64,000 nucleotides of DNA from Bacillota bacterium. GTDB taxonomy: Bacteria; Bacillota; Clostridia; Christensenellales; CAG-138. The position numbers were made by a program, and so were the translations under genes. Below are positions 1 to 9,166 of this stretch, piece after piece. Below the pieces are notes generated by a model. It was given only the letters and a program-made list of their open reading frames with translations. It ran no database searches and was not told where the DNA came from. The stretch covers positions 31,658-95,657 of the forward strand of contig JBCFAY010000006.1 in the NCBI GenBank assembly GCA_038562375.1, read 5' to 3'. Each line of letters opens with the position of its first letter. The first letter of the stretch is position 1.

Positions 1-1038
1 GCGAAGGTGGTCGACGACCGCTCCTATCATCCCATCCGCGAGCATCTTGCTTCGCTCCCGCCATGGGACGGTAATGAACGCGCCGAAAGCATCCTCATCG
101 ATTATCTCGGCGCGGAGGACAACGCCTATACCCGCGCTGTCACACGAAAGACTTTATGCGGAGCCGTGGCGAGAGTAAAGCAGCCCGGCATCAAGTTTGA
201 CAACATCCTCGTGCTCAATGGCGATCAGGGTATCGGCAAGTCTACGCTTATCGCCAAACTGGGCGGTGAATGGTACTCAGACAGCCTGACCCTCACGGAT
301 ATGAACGACAAGACCGCTGCCGAAAAGCTGCAGGGTTATTGGATTCTTGAAATCGGAGAGCTTGCCGGTATGAAGAAAGCGGATATCGACAAGGTTAAGG
401 CGTTTATCTCCCGTCAGGACGATAAGTACCGCGCTTCCTTCGGGCGCCGGGTAACGCCGCATCCGAGGCAGTGTATCTTCTTCGGAACGACCAATTCTCA
501 GAACGGCTACCTCCGCGACATTACCGGCAACCGCCGTTTTTGGACGGTCAAGACTCCGGGCACGGGTAAGTTGAAGCCGTGGCAGCTCACAAAAGAGGAT
601 GTTCAGCAGATATGGGCGGAGGCGCTGGTACTCGTCGAGCGCGGTGAAAAGCTGTATCTTGACTCGGATTTAGAGGCGTTGTCCCAAGTCGAACAGTCCG
701 CCGCAATGGAGCAGGACGACCGCGAAGGTCTTGTCAGCACATATTTGAACCTGCTTTTGCCGGAGAACTGGGTCGCCATGGACATTTATGCAAGGCAGGA
801 ATACATCAGAGACCCCGACAGCCCGACCCAACCGAAAGGCACCGTTGTACGCGACAGCGTAAGCAATCTGGAAATATGGTGCGAATGTTTCGGCAAGCGC
901 AAGGAGGACATCAAGCCCTCCGACTCCTATGCGATAGCGGCGATCATGCTACGCATCCCCGGTTGGCAGAAAACCGAAGAACGGGAGACGCAGCCCATCT
1001 ACGGCAGGCAGCGTTTATACAAGCGTGTTTGCATATAA
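1..1038 (+). CDS. VirE-like (virulence-associated protein E / D5-type) P-loop NTPase, C-terminal part of a primase-helicase; 5' truncated by the window
   Basis: The frame is open from base 1. Walker A 'LNGDQGIGKST', Walker B-like 'YWILEIGEL', 'FFGTTN'. Confidence 0.8.
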   Translation, partial: AKVVDDRSYHPIREHLASLPPWDGNERAESILIDYLGAEDNAYTRAVTRKTLCGAVARVKQPGIKFDNILVLNGDQGIGKSTLIAKLGGEWYSDSLTLTDMNDKTAAEKLQGYWILEIGELAGMKKADIDKVKAFISRQDDKYRASFGRRVTPHPRQCIFFGTTNSQNGYLRDITGNRRFWTVKTPGTGKLKPWQLTKEDVQQIWAEALVLVERGEKLYLDSDLEALSQVEQSAAMEQDDREGLVSTYLNLLLPENWVAMDIYARQEYIRDPDSPTQPKGTVVRDSVSNLEIWCECFGKRKEDIKPSDSYAIAAIMLRIPGWQKTEERETQPIYGRQRLYKRVCI

Positions 1039-1042
1039 AAGC

Positions 1043-1249
1043 GGACAACCTCTTGGGACAACTTCCACAGCTTGTCCCCATCCCAGAGGTTGTCCAAGCC
1101 TAAAGACCTGTGAAGCAGGGCAAAAACAGTGGTTTTTTGGACAGGCGGACAAGGATTTCTATATAGCACAAAAACACATCAATATATAAGAAAAAGCAAT
1201 CCTGTCCAAGCGCATTTGCGCGCGTATAGAAAATCCTGACCACCTGTCC
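1043..1249. repeat. Iteron-like array: 8 copies of GGACA(A/G)/(C/T)TGTCC plus an imperfect ~55-bp dyad (1043-1095)
   Basis: Hexamers at 1043, 1056, 1139 and 1147 (direct) and 1072, 1090, 1202 and 1244 (inverted). They sit in the non-coding gap between the VirE-like and VRR-NUC genes. Confidence 0.6.
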
Positions 1250-1264
1250 GTGGAGGAAAAGAGC

Positions 1265-1546
1265 ATGAGAGAAAAAATCATAGAACAGAAGCTGGTGAAA
1301 TCAGTGAAAAATATGGGCGGTATCGCACTGAAGTTCACAAGCCATGGTTTTGACGGGATGCCAGATCGTATCGTGCTTCTGCCGGGTGGCCGTATGGCTT
1401 TCGTGGAAGTTAAGGCTCCCGGAGAAAAGCCGCGTCCGCTTCAGCTGGCAAGGCATAAATTACTACGCGGGCTTGGCTTCAAGGTTTATATCCTTAACGA
1501 CGAGCGGCAGATCGGAGGGCTTCTTGATGAAATACGAACCGCATAA
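1265..1546 (+). CDS. VRR-NUC domain nuclease
   Basis: 'GMPDRIVLLPGGRMAFVEVKAPGEKPRPLQ' matches the PD-(D/E)xK core of VRR-NUC. GGAGGA lies 7 nt before the ATG at 1265. Confidence 0.85.
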   Translation: MREKIIEQKLVKSVKNMGGIALKFTSHGFDGMPDRIVLLPGGRMAFVEVKAPGEKPRPLQLARHKLLRGLGFKVYILNDERQIGGLLDEIRTA

Positions 1547-2891
1547 TTACCAGAAATACGCCACCCGCTACATCGAGGAGCATCCCATCTCCGCTGTTCT
1601 GCTGGATATGGGCCTCGGTAAAACGAGCATCACGCTGACGGCGCTGAACGACCTGTTGTTTGACAGCTTTGAAGCGCACCGTATTCTTGTGATCGCCCCG
1701 CTGCGAGTGGCACGGGATACATGGCCCGCTGAAGCAGATAAATGGGATCATCTCCGGAACCTCATCTGCTCCGTGGCCGTCGGCACCGAAGCAGAGCGCC
1801 GCGCGGCTCTTATCAGGCCCGCCGACATTTATATCATAAATCGGGAGAACGTCCAGTGGCTCATTGAGGAAAGCAAGCTGCCGTGGGGCTTCGACACTGT
1901 CGTGGTTGACGAGCTGTCCTCTTTTAAGAATTATCAGGCAAAGCGCTTCCGGGCGTTTATGAAGGTGCGGCCCAAAGTTAAGCGCATCATCGGCCTCACG
2001 GGTACGCCTTCCGCAAATGGCCTTATGGATTTATGGGCGGAGTTCCGGCTACTGGATATGGGCGCTCGCCTGGGACGGTTCATCAGCCACTACCGGCTCG
2101 ATTACTTCATGCCCGATAAGCGCAACGGGCAGGTTATATTCAGCTACAAGCCTTTGCCCGGAGCGGAACAGCGGATTTATGACAAAATCTCCGATATAAC
2201 CATTTCTATGAAGTCTACCGACCTTTTGAAAATGCCGGAGCTGGTCAGCAGCGAATACACCGTCCGCCTCTCCGATGATGAGCGCCAGCGTTACGACGAA
2301 TTGAAGCAAGACCTCGTGCTGCAGCTCCCGGATAACGAAATCACCGCCGCGAATGCTGCCGCGCTTACCGGGAAGCTTTGCCAGATGGCAAACGGCGCTA
2401 TATACACCGACGGCGGTGGTGCCATCACCATTCATGACAGAAAGCTGGACGCTCTGGAAGATATCATCGAAGCCGCCGGTGGCAAGCCGATTCTTGTGGC
2501 CTACTGGTTCAAGCATGACCTTGCCCGCATCACCGAACGGCTGCAAAAGCTCTATGTCACGTTCTCCAAGCTGGACAGCGCCGACAGTATCCACAGGTGG
2601 AACAACGGGGAGTTTCCCGTGGCGCTTATTCATCCGGCTTCCGCCGGTCACGGGCTGAATCTTCAAAGCGGCGGCTCCTGCATCGTTTGGTTCGGGCTGA
2701 CATGGTCGCTGGAATTATATCAGCAGACCAACGCCCGCCTTTGGCGGCAGGGTCAGAACGCTAAAACGGTTGTGGTGCAGCACATCGTTACAAAGGAAAC
2801 CATCGACGAGCGGATTTTGAAGGTGCTATCCAAAAAGGACAGCACCCAAGCCGCTTTGATCAATGCGGTTAAAGCCGACCTGCAAGCTTAA
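1527..2891 (+). CDS. SNF2-family DNA helicase
   Basis: Motif I 'DMGLGKT', motif II 'VVVDELSSF', motif III 'LTGTPSANG', C-terminal helicase motifs 'ASAGHGLNLQ'. The start overlaps the VRR-NUC end. Confidence 0.9.
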   Translation: MKYEPHNYQKYATRYIEEHPISAVLLDMGLGKTSITLTALNDLLFDSFEAHRILVIAPLRVARDTWPAEADKWDHLRNLICSVAVGTEAERRAALIRPADIYIINRENVQWLIEESKLPWGFDTVVVDELSSFKNYQAKRFRAFMKVRPKVKRIIGLTGTPSANGLMDLWAEFRLLDMGARLGRFISHYRLDYFMPDKRNGQVIFSYKPLPGAEQRIYDKISDITISMKSTDLLKMPELVSSEYTVRLSDDERQRYDELKQDLVLQLPDNEITAANAAALTGKLCQMANGAIYTDGGGAITIHDRKLDALEDIIEAAGGKPILVAYWFKHDLARITERLQKLYVTFSKLDSADSIHRWNNGEFPVALIHPASAGHGLNLQSGGSCIVWFGLTWSLELYQQTNARLWRQGQNAKTVVVQHIVTKETIDERILKVLSKKDSTQAALINAVKADLQA

Positions 2892-2947
2892 GACAATCTA
2901 CGACAACCCGTGCCAATCCGAGAGAAATAAAATTCGGAGGTACGATT

Positions 2948-3163
2948 ATGGAATCCTATGAGAATCTTGCAAACGCTATCGTTCTGCTAGCCGCTAAAGA
3001 CTACCGTCTGGCGCTGTCCAGATGCAACCGATATCCAGAAAAAGAGATTTACAGGTATGAAAAGGAGTCCATCGAGCGGTTCTTCCGTTCCGGCTGGTTC
3101 GGTGTCCTCACTCGCCTTGATCCGGAAATTCTGATCCGCAGGCTGTGTCAGGAGGTGGCGTAA
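2948..3163 (+). CDS. Small phage protein, unknown function
   Basis: 71-aa ORF with an upstream GGAGG, abutting the next gene. No motif recognised. Confidence 0.5.
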   Translation: MESYENLANAIVLLAAKDYRLALSRCNRYPEKEIYRYEKESIERFFRSGWFGVLTRLDPEILIRRLCQEVA

Positions 3164-3164
3164 C

Positions 3165-3575
3165 ATGACGGCAAAGGAGTATCTTTCCCAAGCCTACCGC
3201 CTGGATCAGCGTATCAACAGCAAGCTGGAACAGCTGACTTCACTGAATGACCTGGCTACCAAATGCACATCTGTTATTACGGGTATGCCGCGAAATCCGA
3301 ATCGAAGCGTATCTGCAATGGCAGATGCAGTGGCAAAAATCATTGACCTGCAAACCGAGATCAACAAGGACATTGACCATCTCGTTGATTTGAAACGCGA
3401 CATGGTTAGATGCATTAAAGCCGTAGATAATGCAGAATGCCAGACTCTTCTGGAACTGAGATATCTCTGCTTCAAGACCTGGGAACAAATAGCTGTAGAC
3501 ATGGGCTATCGCGTGCGGAATGTGTACATCCTTCACAACGAGGCTTTAGAAAGAATCACAGTTCCCGAAACTTGA
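3165..3575 (+). CDS. Phage late-gene regulator, DUF1492 / sigma-70 region-4-like (RinA/ArpU-like slot)
   Basis: C-terminal 'LELRYLCFKTWEQIAVDMGYRVRNVYILHNEALERI' is a region-4-type HTH. It sits immediately upstream of the packaging genes. Confidence 0.65.
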   Translation: MTAKEYLSQAYRLDQRINSKLEQLTSLNDLATKCTSVITGMPRNPNRSVSAMADAVAKIIDLQTEINKDIDHLVDLKRDMVRCIKAVDNAECQTLLELRYLCFKTWEQIAVDMGYRVRNVYILHNEALERITVPET

Positions 3576-3644
3576 CACGTTTTTGCACTGTTTTGCATGA
3601 CTGGCTTTATGTTATGATATCATCAGCAAAATAGAATTCGAGCA

Positions 3645-3679
3645 GCCTTCACGGGAAAATCCGTGAGGGCTTTTCTTTT
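3645..3679 (+). terminator. Rho-independent terminator
   Basis: 10-bp stem GCCTTCACGG/CCGTGAGGGC, loop GAAAAT, then TTTTCTTTT. Confidence 0.75.
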
Positions 3680-3694
3680 ACCCGGAGATTACCC

Positions 3695-4054
3695 ATGCCA
3701 ATTAAACCAAAGCGGCCGTGCTCTTACCCCGGCTGTCCTGAACTGACGGACGGCATGTTCTGTGAGAAGCACGCCAGACAGGAAGCCCAGCGGTATGAGC
3801 GATACGGCCGTGATCCTGCTTCAAAGAAGCGGTACGGCAGGACATGGAAGCGAGTCCGTGACCGTTACATCAAAGCCCACCCTCTGTGCGAGAGGTGCGC
3901 GAAGGAAGATAAGATCACGCTTGCCGAGGAGGTTCACCACATCAAACCGCTGTCGCACGGCGGCACAAACGATGCAGACAACCTCATGAGCTTATGCAAG
4001 AGCTGCCACTCGTTGATCACCGCCGAGATGGGAGACCGCTGGCATAACAAATAA
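3695..4054 (+). CDS. HNH endonuclease (packaging-associated)
   Basis: 'EEVHHIKPLSHGGTNDADNLMSLCKSCH' plus an N-terminal Cys pair. Located directly upstream of the small terminase, as in HNH-dependent cos phages. Confidence 0.9.
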   Translation: MPIKPKRPCSYPGCPELTDGMFCEKHARQEAQRYERYGRDPASKKRYGRTWKRVRDRYIKAHPLCERCAKEDKITLAEEVHHIKPLSHGGTNDADNLMSLCKSCHSLITAEMGDRWHNK

Positions 4055-4187
4055 AAGAGATCAGGGCTAAATTGTTGCCCGATCCTCCCGGAGGGGCGGT
4101 CGAAATCTCTGTGACTTATCATCCGGGGAACGGTGCGCGGGTCACGCGCGCAAAAATCAGGAATTAAACGGGGTATTAACCCCTGCC

Positions 4188-4763
4188 GTGGACTGGGGGG
4201 TGACTGCCGTGGCAAAAGACGGAACAAGCCGCGGCAACAAGCCCGGCAATTATACCCGAGCCGGGCGTAAGCCGAAGCCGCTGACGGAGCAGATCGCCGA
4301 GGGCAAAAAAGGTGTGACGATTATCGCCTTGCCCGAGCCTGAGATACTGGTCGGCTTCGAGATGCCACCGCCCAAAGAATACATGCTGGCTAAACAGAAA
4401 GGCGGTAAAGATCTGTGCGCCGAGAATGTATACCGGGAAACCTGGGCTTGGCTGAAGGAGCGCGGCTGCGAGCGGCTGGTCAGTTCGCAGCTGGTGGAAC
4501 AGTATGCAATGAGCGTTTCCCGATGGATTCAGTGCGAGGAAGCCATCTCTGAATACGGCTTTCTATCAAAACACCCAACCACGGGCAACCCGATAGCCAG
4601 TCCTTTCGTGGCGATGAGCCAGCAATATATGAAACAGACGAACCAGCTCTGGTTCTCTATTTTTGCCGTGGTCAAGGAAAACTGTTCCGCGGCGTTCACT
4701 GGGGCAAACCCACAGGACGATGTAATGGAGCGACTGCTCAGGGCAAGGAGGGGTAATACGTGA
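4188..4763 (+). CDS. Terminase small subunit (P27-family-like)
   Basis: Called from size, a basic N-terminus (GRKPKP) and the position after HNH. The start is uncertain (GTG 4188 or GTG 4209). Family is from memory only. Confidence 0.65.
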   Translation: MDWGVTAVAKDGTSRGNKPGNYTRAGRKPKPLTEQIAEGKKGVTIIALPEPEILVGFEMPPPKEYMLAKQKGGKDLCAENVYRETWAWLKERGCERLVSSQLVEQYAMSVSRWIQCEEAISEYGFLSKHPTTGNPIASPFVAMSQQYMKQTNQLWFSIFAVVKENCSAAFTGANPQDDVMERLLRARRGNT

Positions 4764-6022
4764 TTTCAACAGAACGCTTTGAAAAAGTAAATATAGACAA
4801 GCTGGTGCCGTATGCCCGTAACGCCCGCACCCACAGCAAGGAGCAGATTCTCCAGCTTCGCGCGTCCATTCGTGAGTTCGGATTTGTCAACCCGGTCATT
4901 GTGGACAAGGATCTAAACATAATCGCAGGGCATGGACGCATCCTTGCTGCTAAAGAGGAAGGGTTCACGGAAGTTCCATGCGTGTTCGCCGAACACCTGA
5001 CCGAGGCCCAGAAGCGGGCATATATCATCGCGGACAACCGTCTCGCGCTGAACGCCGGATGGGATGCCGAAATGCTGTCTGTGGAGATCGCCGACCTGCA
5101 GGGCGCCGACTTCGATATCTCCCTCCTCGGCTTTGACGACGCCGAACTAAATAAACTGTTGGGCGGCATGGAGGATGTCAAAGACGACGACTTCGATGTG
5201 GACGCCGAGCTGCAGAAACCCGCTGTTACCCAACCGGGCGACCTGTGGCTTTTAGGGAATCACCGACTAGTCTGCGGTGACAGCACCAAAGCAGAAACCT
5301 TCGAACTGCTCATGGATGGCAAGACCGCAAACCTTGTGGTGACCGACCCACCGTATAACGTGAACTACGAAGGCACGGCGGGAAAAATCAGGAACGACAA
5401 CATGGCGGACGCCAAGTTCTATCAGTTCCTGCTGGATGCCTTTACCCTGACGGAAAAGGTGATGGCGCGGGACGCGAGCATCTATGTGTTCCACGCGGAC
5501 ACCGAAGGGCTGAATTTCCGCAGGGCATTCTCCGACGCCGGGTTCTATCTATCCGGGACGTGCATCTGGAAGAAGCAGTCGCTGGTTCTGGGACGCTCCC
5601 CGTACCAATGGCAGCATGAACCGATATTATTCGGCTGGAAGAAAACGGGCAAGCATGCCTGGTACTCCGACCGCAAGCAGTCCACAATATGGGAGTTCGA
5701 CAAACCCAAAAAGAATGCCGACCATCCGACGATGAAGCCGGTGCCGCTGATTGCCTATCCCATTGTGAACAGTTCTATGACTGGGTGCATCGTCCTTGAC
5801 CCCTTCGGGGGTAGCGGTTCAACCCTTATCGCCAGTGAACAAACTGAACGGATATGTTACACGGTTGAACTGGACGAAAAATATTGTGATGTTATTGTAA
5901 AAAGGTACATTAGGCAAATTGGTACGGATAAAGATGTATATCTCATTAGGGATGGTCAAAAAACACACGTTGACATGTCTGACCAAACTACTGATAATCC
6001 TGCAGCTTCTGTACAAAATTGA
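4760..6022 (+). CDS. ParB-like nuclease domain fused to an N6/N4 DNA methyltransferase
   Basis: N-terminal ParB/Srx-type 'NPVIVDKDLNIIAGHGRILA', catalytic 'VVTDPPYNV', SAM motif 'LDPFGGSGST'. Confidence 0.9.
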   Translation: MISTERFEKVNIDKLVPYARNARTHSKEQILQLRASIREFGFVNPVIVDKDLNIIAGHGRILAAKEEGFTEVPCVFAEHLTEAQKRAYIIADNRLALNAGWDAEMLSVEIADLQGADFDISLLGFDDAELNKLLGGMEDVKDDDFDVDAELQKPAVTQPGDLWLLGNHRLVCGDSTKAETFELLMDGKTANLVVTDPPYNVNYEGTAGKIRNDNMADAKFYQFLLDAFTLTEKVMARDASIYVFHADTEGLNFRRAFSDAGFYLSGTCIWKKQSLVLGRSPYQWQHEPILFGWKKTGKHAWYSDRKQSTIWEFDKPKKNADHPTMKPVPLIAYPIVNSSMTGCIVLDPFGGSGSTLIASEQTERICYTVELDEKYCDVIVKRYIRQIGTDKDVYLIRDGQKTHVDMSDQTTDNPAASVQN

Positions 6023-6087
6023 GTTGCTATTCCACAGCTTCAGAGTGATATATGTACTCACCAAAGAAGCAAAGGAGGCTAATCATA

Positions 6088-7065
6088 ATGAGAATTCACT
6101 ACAATTTAACCGGCGCGGAGCGCAAATCACTGGCAGGAGCAGTATGTCAGGAACTGAACGCTCCGACGAAACACCTCGGTGCTCCGACATTCGCCTATGA
6201 GGTGGGCGGCTACCACATCGACAAAAACGGTACTGTCGAAGGCGCGGACAATCTGGACTTGGAAGACGCACTTCGCCAGAAGGGCTTCATCGCCCAAGTG
6301 CGTAAATACGACGAACCCGACACCTGCGAGAGCGGGCTCGGCAGGTTGGGAGCCACGCCCTCCATCGAAGAACTGGACGAAGAGGCTACGGCTTGGGCGG
6401 AGCGTGAGATGCGACGCCTGCAACTTGAGAGCCAGAACGTCCCCGACTACTCTAATCGCGGTCAGTATGGCGGTGACGGCATACCTGAAACCGACATTCC
6501 CGCCTACGAGGAGTTAAACCTGACCGAAGAGGAAGAACTGGGACTTGGCAAACAGCGCCGCGACCACCAGGGCGAGGACGGTATGCAGGCAAGCGACGTT
6601 CCCGAGTGTGAGGAGTCCGCTGGCCTGACAATCGAGATGCCGCTTGAAGGTTACACCGAAGAAAGCATCGCCAACCTTGAAAAACTCATCGCCAGCAAGA
6701 CCAGCCTCATCAAGAAGGCTATCGGAGCGAACGCGCTTCCAATCGAGCGTACGGAAACAACGCTAAAGTTTCCTTGGTTTTCCTTTGGAGCATCCGGCGA
6801 GGAAGCCGATGCCTACTCCCGTCTGGTCAGCGCCTTATACGCAGCGGCGAAGGAGCAGAAAAGGGTTACCGCCAAAGACAAGGATGTGGAAAATGAGAAG
6901 TTCGCTTTTCGGGTCTTCCTTATCCGACTGGGGTTTGTGGGCGACGAGTACAAGAGCGCGAGAAAAATACTGCTAAGAAATCTTTCGGGAAACAGTGCGT
7001 TCAAGAACGGCAGCAGAGTAACGGAAAAGGAGGTATCTGCAGATGAAAAAATTCCCCGCCAATGA
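6088..7065 (+). CDS. Conserved Firmicutes mobile-element protein of unknown function (often labelled 'virulence protein')
   Basis: AAGGAGG before the ATG at 6088. N-domain, acidic linker and C-domain 'NEKFAFRVFLIRLGFVGDEYKSARKILLRNLSGNSAFK', which I recall from ICE and prophage proteins. Confidence 0.55.
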   Translation: MRIHYNLTGAERKSLAGAVCQELNAPTKHLGAPTFAYEVGGYHIDKNGTVEGADNLDLEDALRQKGFIAQVRKYDEPDTCESGLGRLGATPSIEELDEEATAWAEREMRRLQLESQNVPDYSNRGQYGGDGIPETDIPAYEELNLTEEEELGLGKQRRDHQGEDGMQASDVPECEESAGLTIEMPLEGYTEESIANLEKLIASKTSLIKKAIGANALPIERTETTLKFPWFSFGASGEEADAYSRLVSALYAAAKEQKRVTAKDKDVENEKFAFRVFLIRLGFVGDEYKSARKILLRNLSGNSAFKNGSRVTEKEVSADEKIPRQ

Positions 7066-7285
7066 AACAGTGGAACGCCTCCGCAGACAGTACCCTAATG
7101 GGATTCGCGTAGAACTGGTCAGGATGAACGACCCGTATTCCAAATTAAAACCCGGCGACCGTGGAACTGTGAATTTTGTGGACGACACAGGAACCATCTT
7201 CTGCACTTGGGATTGCGGTTCGACGCTTGGCGTGGTTTACGGTGAGGATGCCGTTAGAATCCTGGAATCCGAGGTACTGCCATGA
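7043..7285 (+). CDS. DUF4314-like small protein
   Basis: 'RVELVRMNDPYSKLKPGDRGTVNFVDDTGTIFCTWDCGSTLGVVYGED' fits the remembered DUF4314 pattern. Confidence 0.6.
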   Translation: MKKFPANETVERLRRQYPNGIRVELVRMNDPYSKLKPGDRGTVNFVDDTGTIFCTWDCGSTLGVVYGEDAVRILESEVLP

Positions 7286-7470
7286 CCGAGATAGTGAAAC
7301 AGCAAATTCTCTCTATCCGGGCAAGCGGTGCCACGAACATGTTTGATGCGGCTGCTGTCCAGCGGCTCGCGTTTGAGAACGGATATTATGAACTTACCGA
7401 TTACATCGAGAACAACCGTAAGGCGTATGCTCATTTTATTCTGACGGGCGAAACCGAGGAAACGCCATAG
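7282..7470 (+). CDS. DUF5049-like small protein
   Basis: 'ILSIRASGATNMFDAAAVQRLAFENGYYEL' fits the remembered DUF5049 pattern. 4-nt overlap with the previous gene. Confidence 0.55.
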   Translation: MTEIVKQQILSIRASGATNMFDAAAVQRLAFENGYYELTDYIENNRKAYAHFILTGETEETP

Positions 7471-7501
7471 ACCATATACAAATGCAAATGGATAGAAGTA
7501 A

Positions 7502-7531
7502 AGGGCTTTCAGACGAAGGCTCTTTTCTTTT
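7502..7531 (+). terminator. Hairpin plus T-run upstream of the large terminase gene
   Basis: Stem AGGGCTTTC/GAAGGCTCT (with G-U pairs), loop AGAC, then TTTTCTTTT. Confidence 0.55.
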
Positions 7532-7561
7532 GCCTGTTATCATCGAAAGGAGGCGGTCTTC

Positions 7562-9166
7562 ATACGCAAACTGAAGAAGTACAAGCCAACCACGTTTGTA
7601 GCATCAGATTCTGTTTACAGCAAAGCCGCCGCCGACTATGCCGTTTCCTTTATCGAGGCCCTCTCCCACACGAAAGGCTCCTGGGCTGGTAAGCCCTTTG
7701 AACTTATCGACTGGCAGGAGCAGATCGTCCGGGATGTATTCGGCATTATAAAATCCAACGGGTACCGGCAGTTCAACACGGCGTATGTGGAGATACCGAA
7801 AAAGATGGGCAAGTCTGAGCTTGCCGCCGCCATAGCGCTTCTGCTCACCTGCGGCGATAACGAAGAACGCGCCGAGGTATACGGCTGCGCCGCGGATCGG
7901 CAACAAGCGTCCATCGTTTTTGAGGTGGCGGCTGACATGGTTCGGATGTGCCCTGCTCTATCCCGGCGTGTCAAGCTGTTGGCGTCGACGAAGCGTCTCG
8001 TTTACCTCCCGACAAACAGCTTTTATCAGGTGCTATCGGCTGAGGCGTATTCGAAGCATGGATTCAATATTCACGGAGTGGTCTTTGATGAACTGCATAC
8101 CCAACCAAACCGGAAGCTGTTTGACGTCATGACTAAAGGCTCCGGCGACGCGCGGACACAGCCGCTATACTTCCTGATCACCACAGCTGGTACGGACACG
8201 AACAGCATCTGCTATGAAACGCACCAGAAAGCGCTGGATATCCTTGAAGGCCGGAAGCACGACCCCACCTTCTACCCTGTGATCTACGGCGCGAAGGAAG
8301 AAGACGACTGGACTGACCCTAAGGTATGGAAGAAAGCAAACCCCTCCCTCGGCATCACGGTCGGTATGGACAAGGTGAAGGCCGCGTGCGAATCGGCGAA
8401 ACAGAACCCCGCTGAGGAGAACAGTTTCCGACAACTGCGGCTCAATCAATGGGTCAAACAGGCCGTCCGCTGGATGCCCATGGCGAAGTGGGATGCCAGC
8501 GCATTTCCCGTCGACGCGGACAGCCTAAGTGGTCGGGTCTGCTACGGCGGGCTTGACCTTTCCTCCACTACGGACATCACAGCGTTCGTGCTGGTGTTCC
8601 CACCGGAGGATGAAACGGACAAATACAGCGTGCTTCCATTTTTCTGGATGCCGGAAGAAAATATCGACCTGCGTGTGCGGCGTGACCATGTGCAATACGA
8701 CCTATGGAAAAAGCAAGGGCATCTTTTGACCACCGAGGGCAACGTCGTTCACTACGGCTTCATCGAAGGTTTTATTGAAAAGCTTGGCGAGCGGTACAAC
8801 ATCCGCGAGATCGCCTTTGACCGCTGGGGTGCTGTGCAAATGGTTCAGAACCTTGAGGGTATGGGTTTTACGGTGGTTCCTTTCGGGCAGGGCTTCAAGG
8901 ATATGTCACCGCCCACCAAAGAGCTTATGAAGCTCACGTTGGAAGAAAGAATCGCCCACGGCGGTCATCCCGTGCTGCGCTGGATGATGGATAACATTTT
9001 TATCCGCACTGACCCTGCGGGCAATATCAAGCCGGACAAGGAAAAAAGCACCGAGAAGATTGACGGTGCGGTGGCAACGATTATGGCGCTTGACCGCGCG
9101 CTCCGGAATGGAGACGGTAATCGGGGTACATCAGTTTACGATGAAAGGGGGTTATTGATGTTGTGA
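7562..9166 (+). CDS. terL: Terminase large subunit (Terminase_1 type); apparent non-canonical ATA start
   Basis: TerL-like sequence ('YKPTTFVASDSVYSKAAADYAVSFIEALSHTKGSWAGKPFELIDWQ', 'VEIPKKMGKSEL' Walker A, 'VVFDELH') starts 75 codons before the first ATG (7787). AAAGGAGG at 7546-7553 is 8 nt before ATA 7562. There is no ATG/GTG/TTG in frame. Confidence 0.8.
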   Translation: MRKLKKYKPTTFVASDSVYSKAAADYAVSFIEALSHTKGSWAGKPFELIDWQEQIVRDVFGIIKSNGYRQFNTAYVEIPKKMGKSELAAAIALLLTCGDNEERAEVYGCAADRQQASIVFEVAADMVRMCPALSRRVKLLASTKRLVYLPTNSFYQVLSAEAYSKHGFNIHGVVFDELHTQPNRKLFDVMTKGSGDARTQPLYFLITTAGTDTNSICYETHQKALDILEGRKHDPTFYPVIYGAKEEDDWTDPKVWKKANPSLGITVGMDKVKAACESAKQNPAEENSFRQLRLNQWVKQAVRWMPMAKWDASAFPVDADSLSGRVCYGGLDLSSTTDITAFVLVFPPEDETDKYSVLPFFWMPEENIDLRVRRDHVQYDLWKKQGHLLTTEGNVVHYGFIEGFIEKLGERYNIREIAFDRWGAVQMVQNLEGMGFTVVPFGQGFKDMSPPTKELMKLTLEERIAHGGHPVLRWMMDNIFIRTDPAGNIKPDKEKSTEKIDGAVATIMALDRALRNGDGNRGTSVYDERGLLML

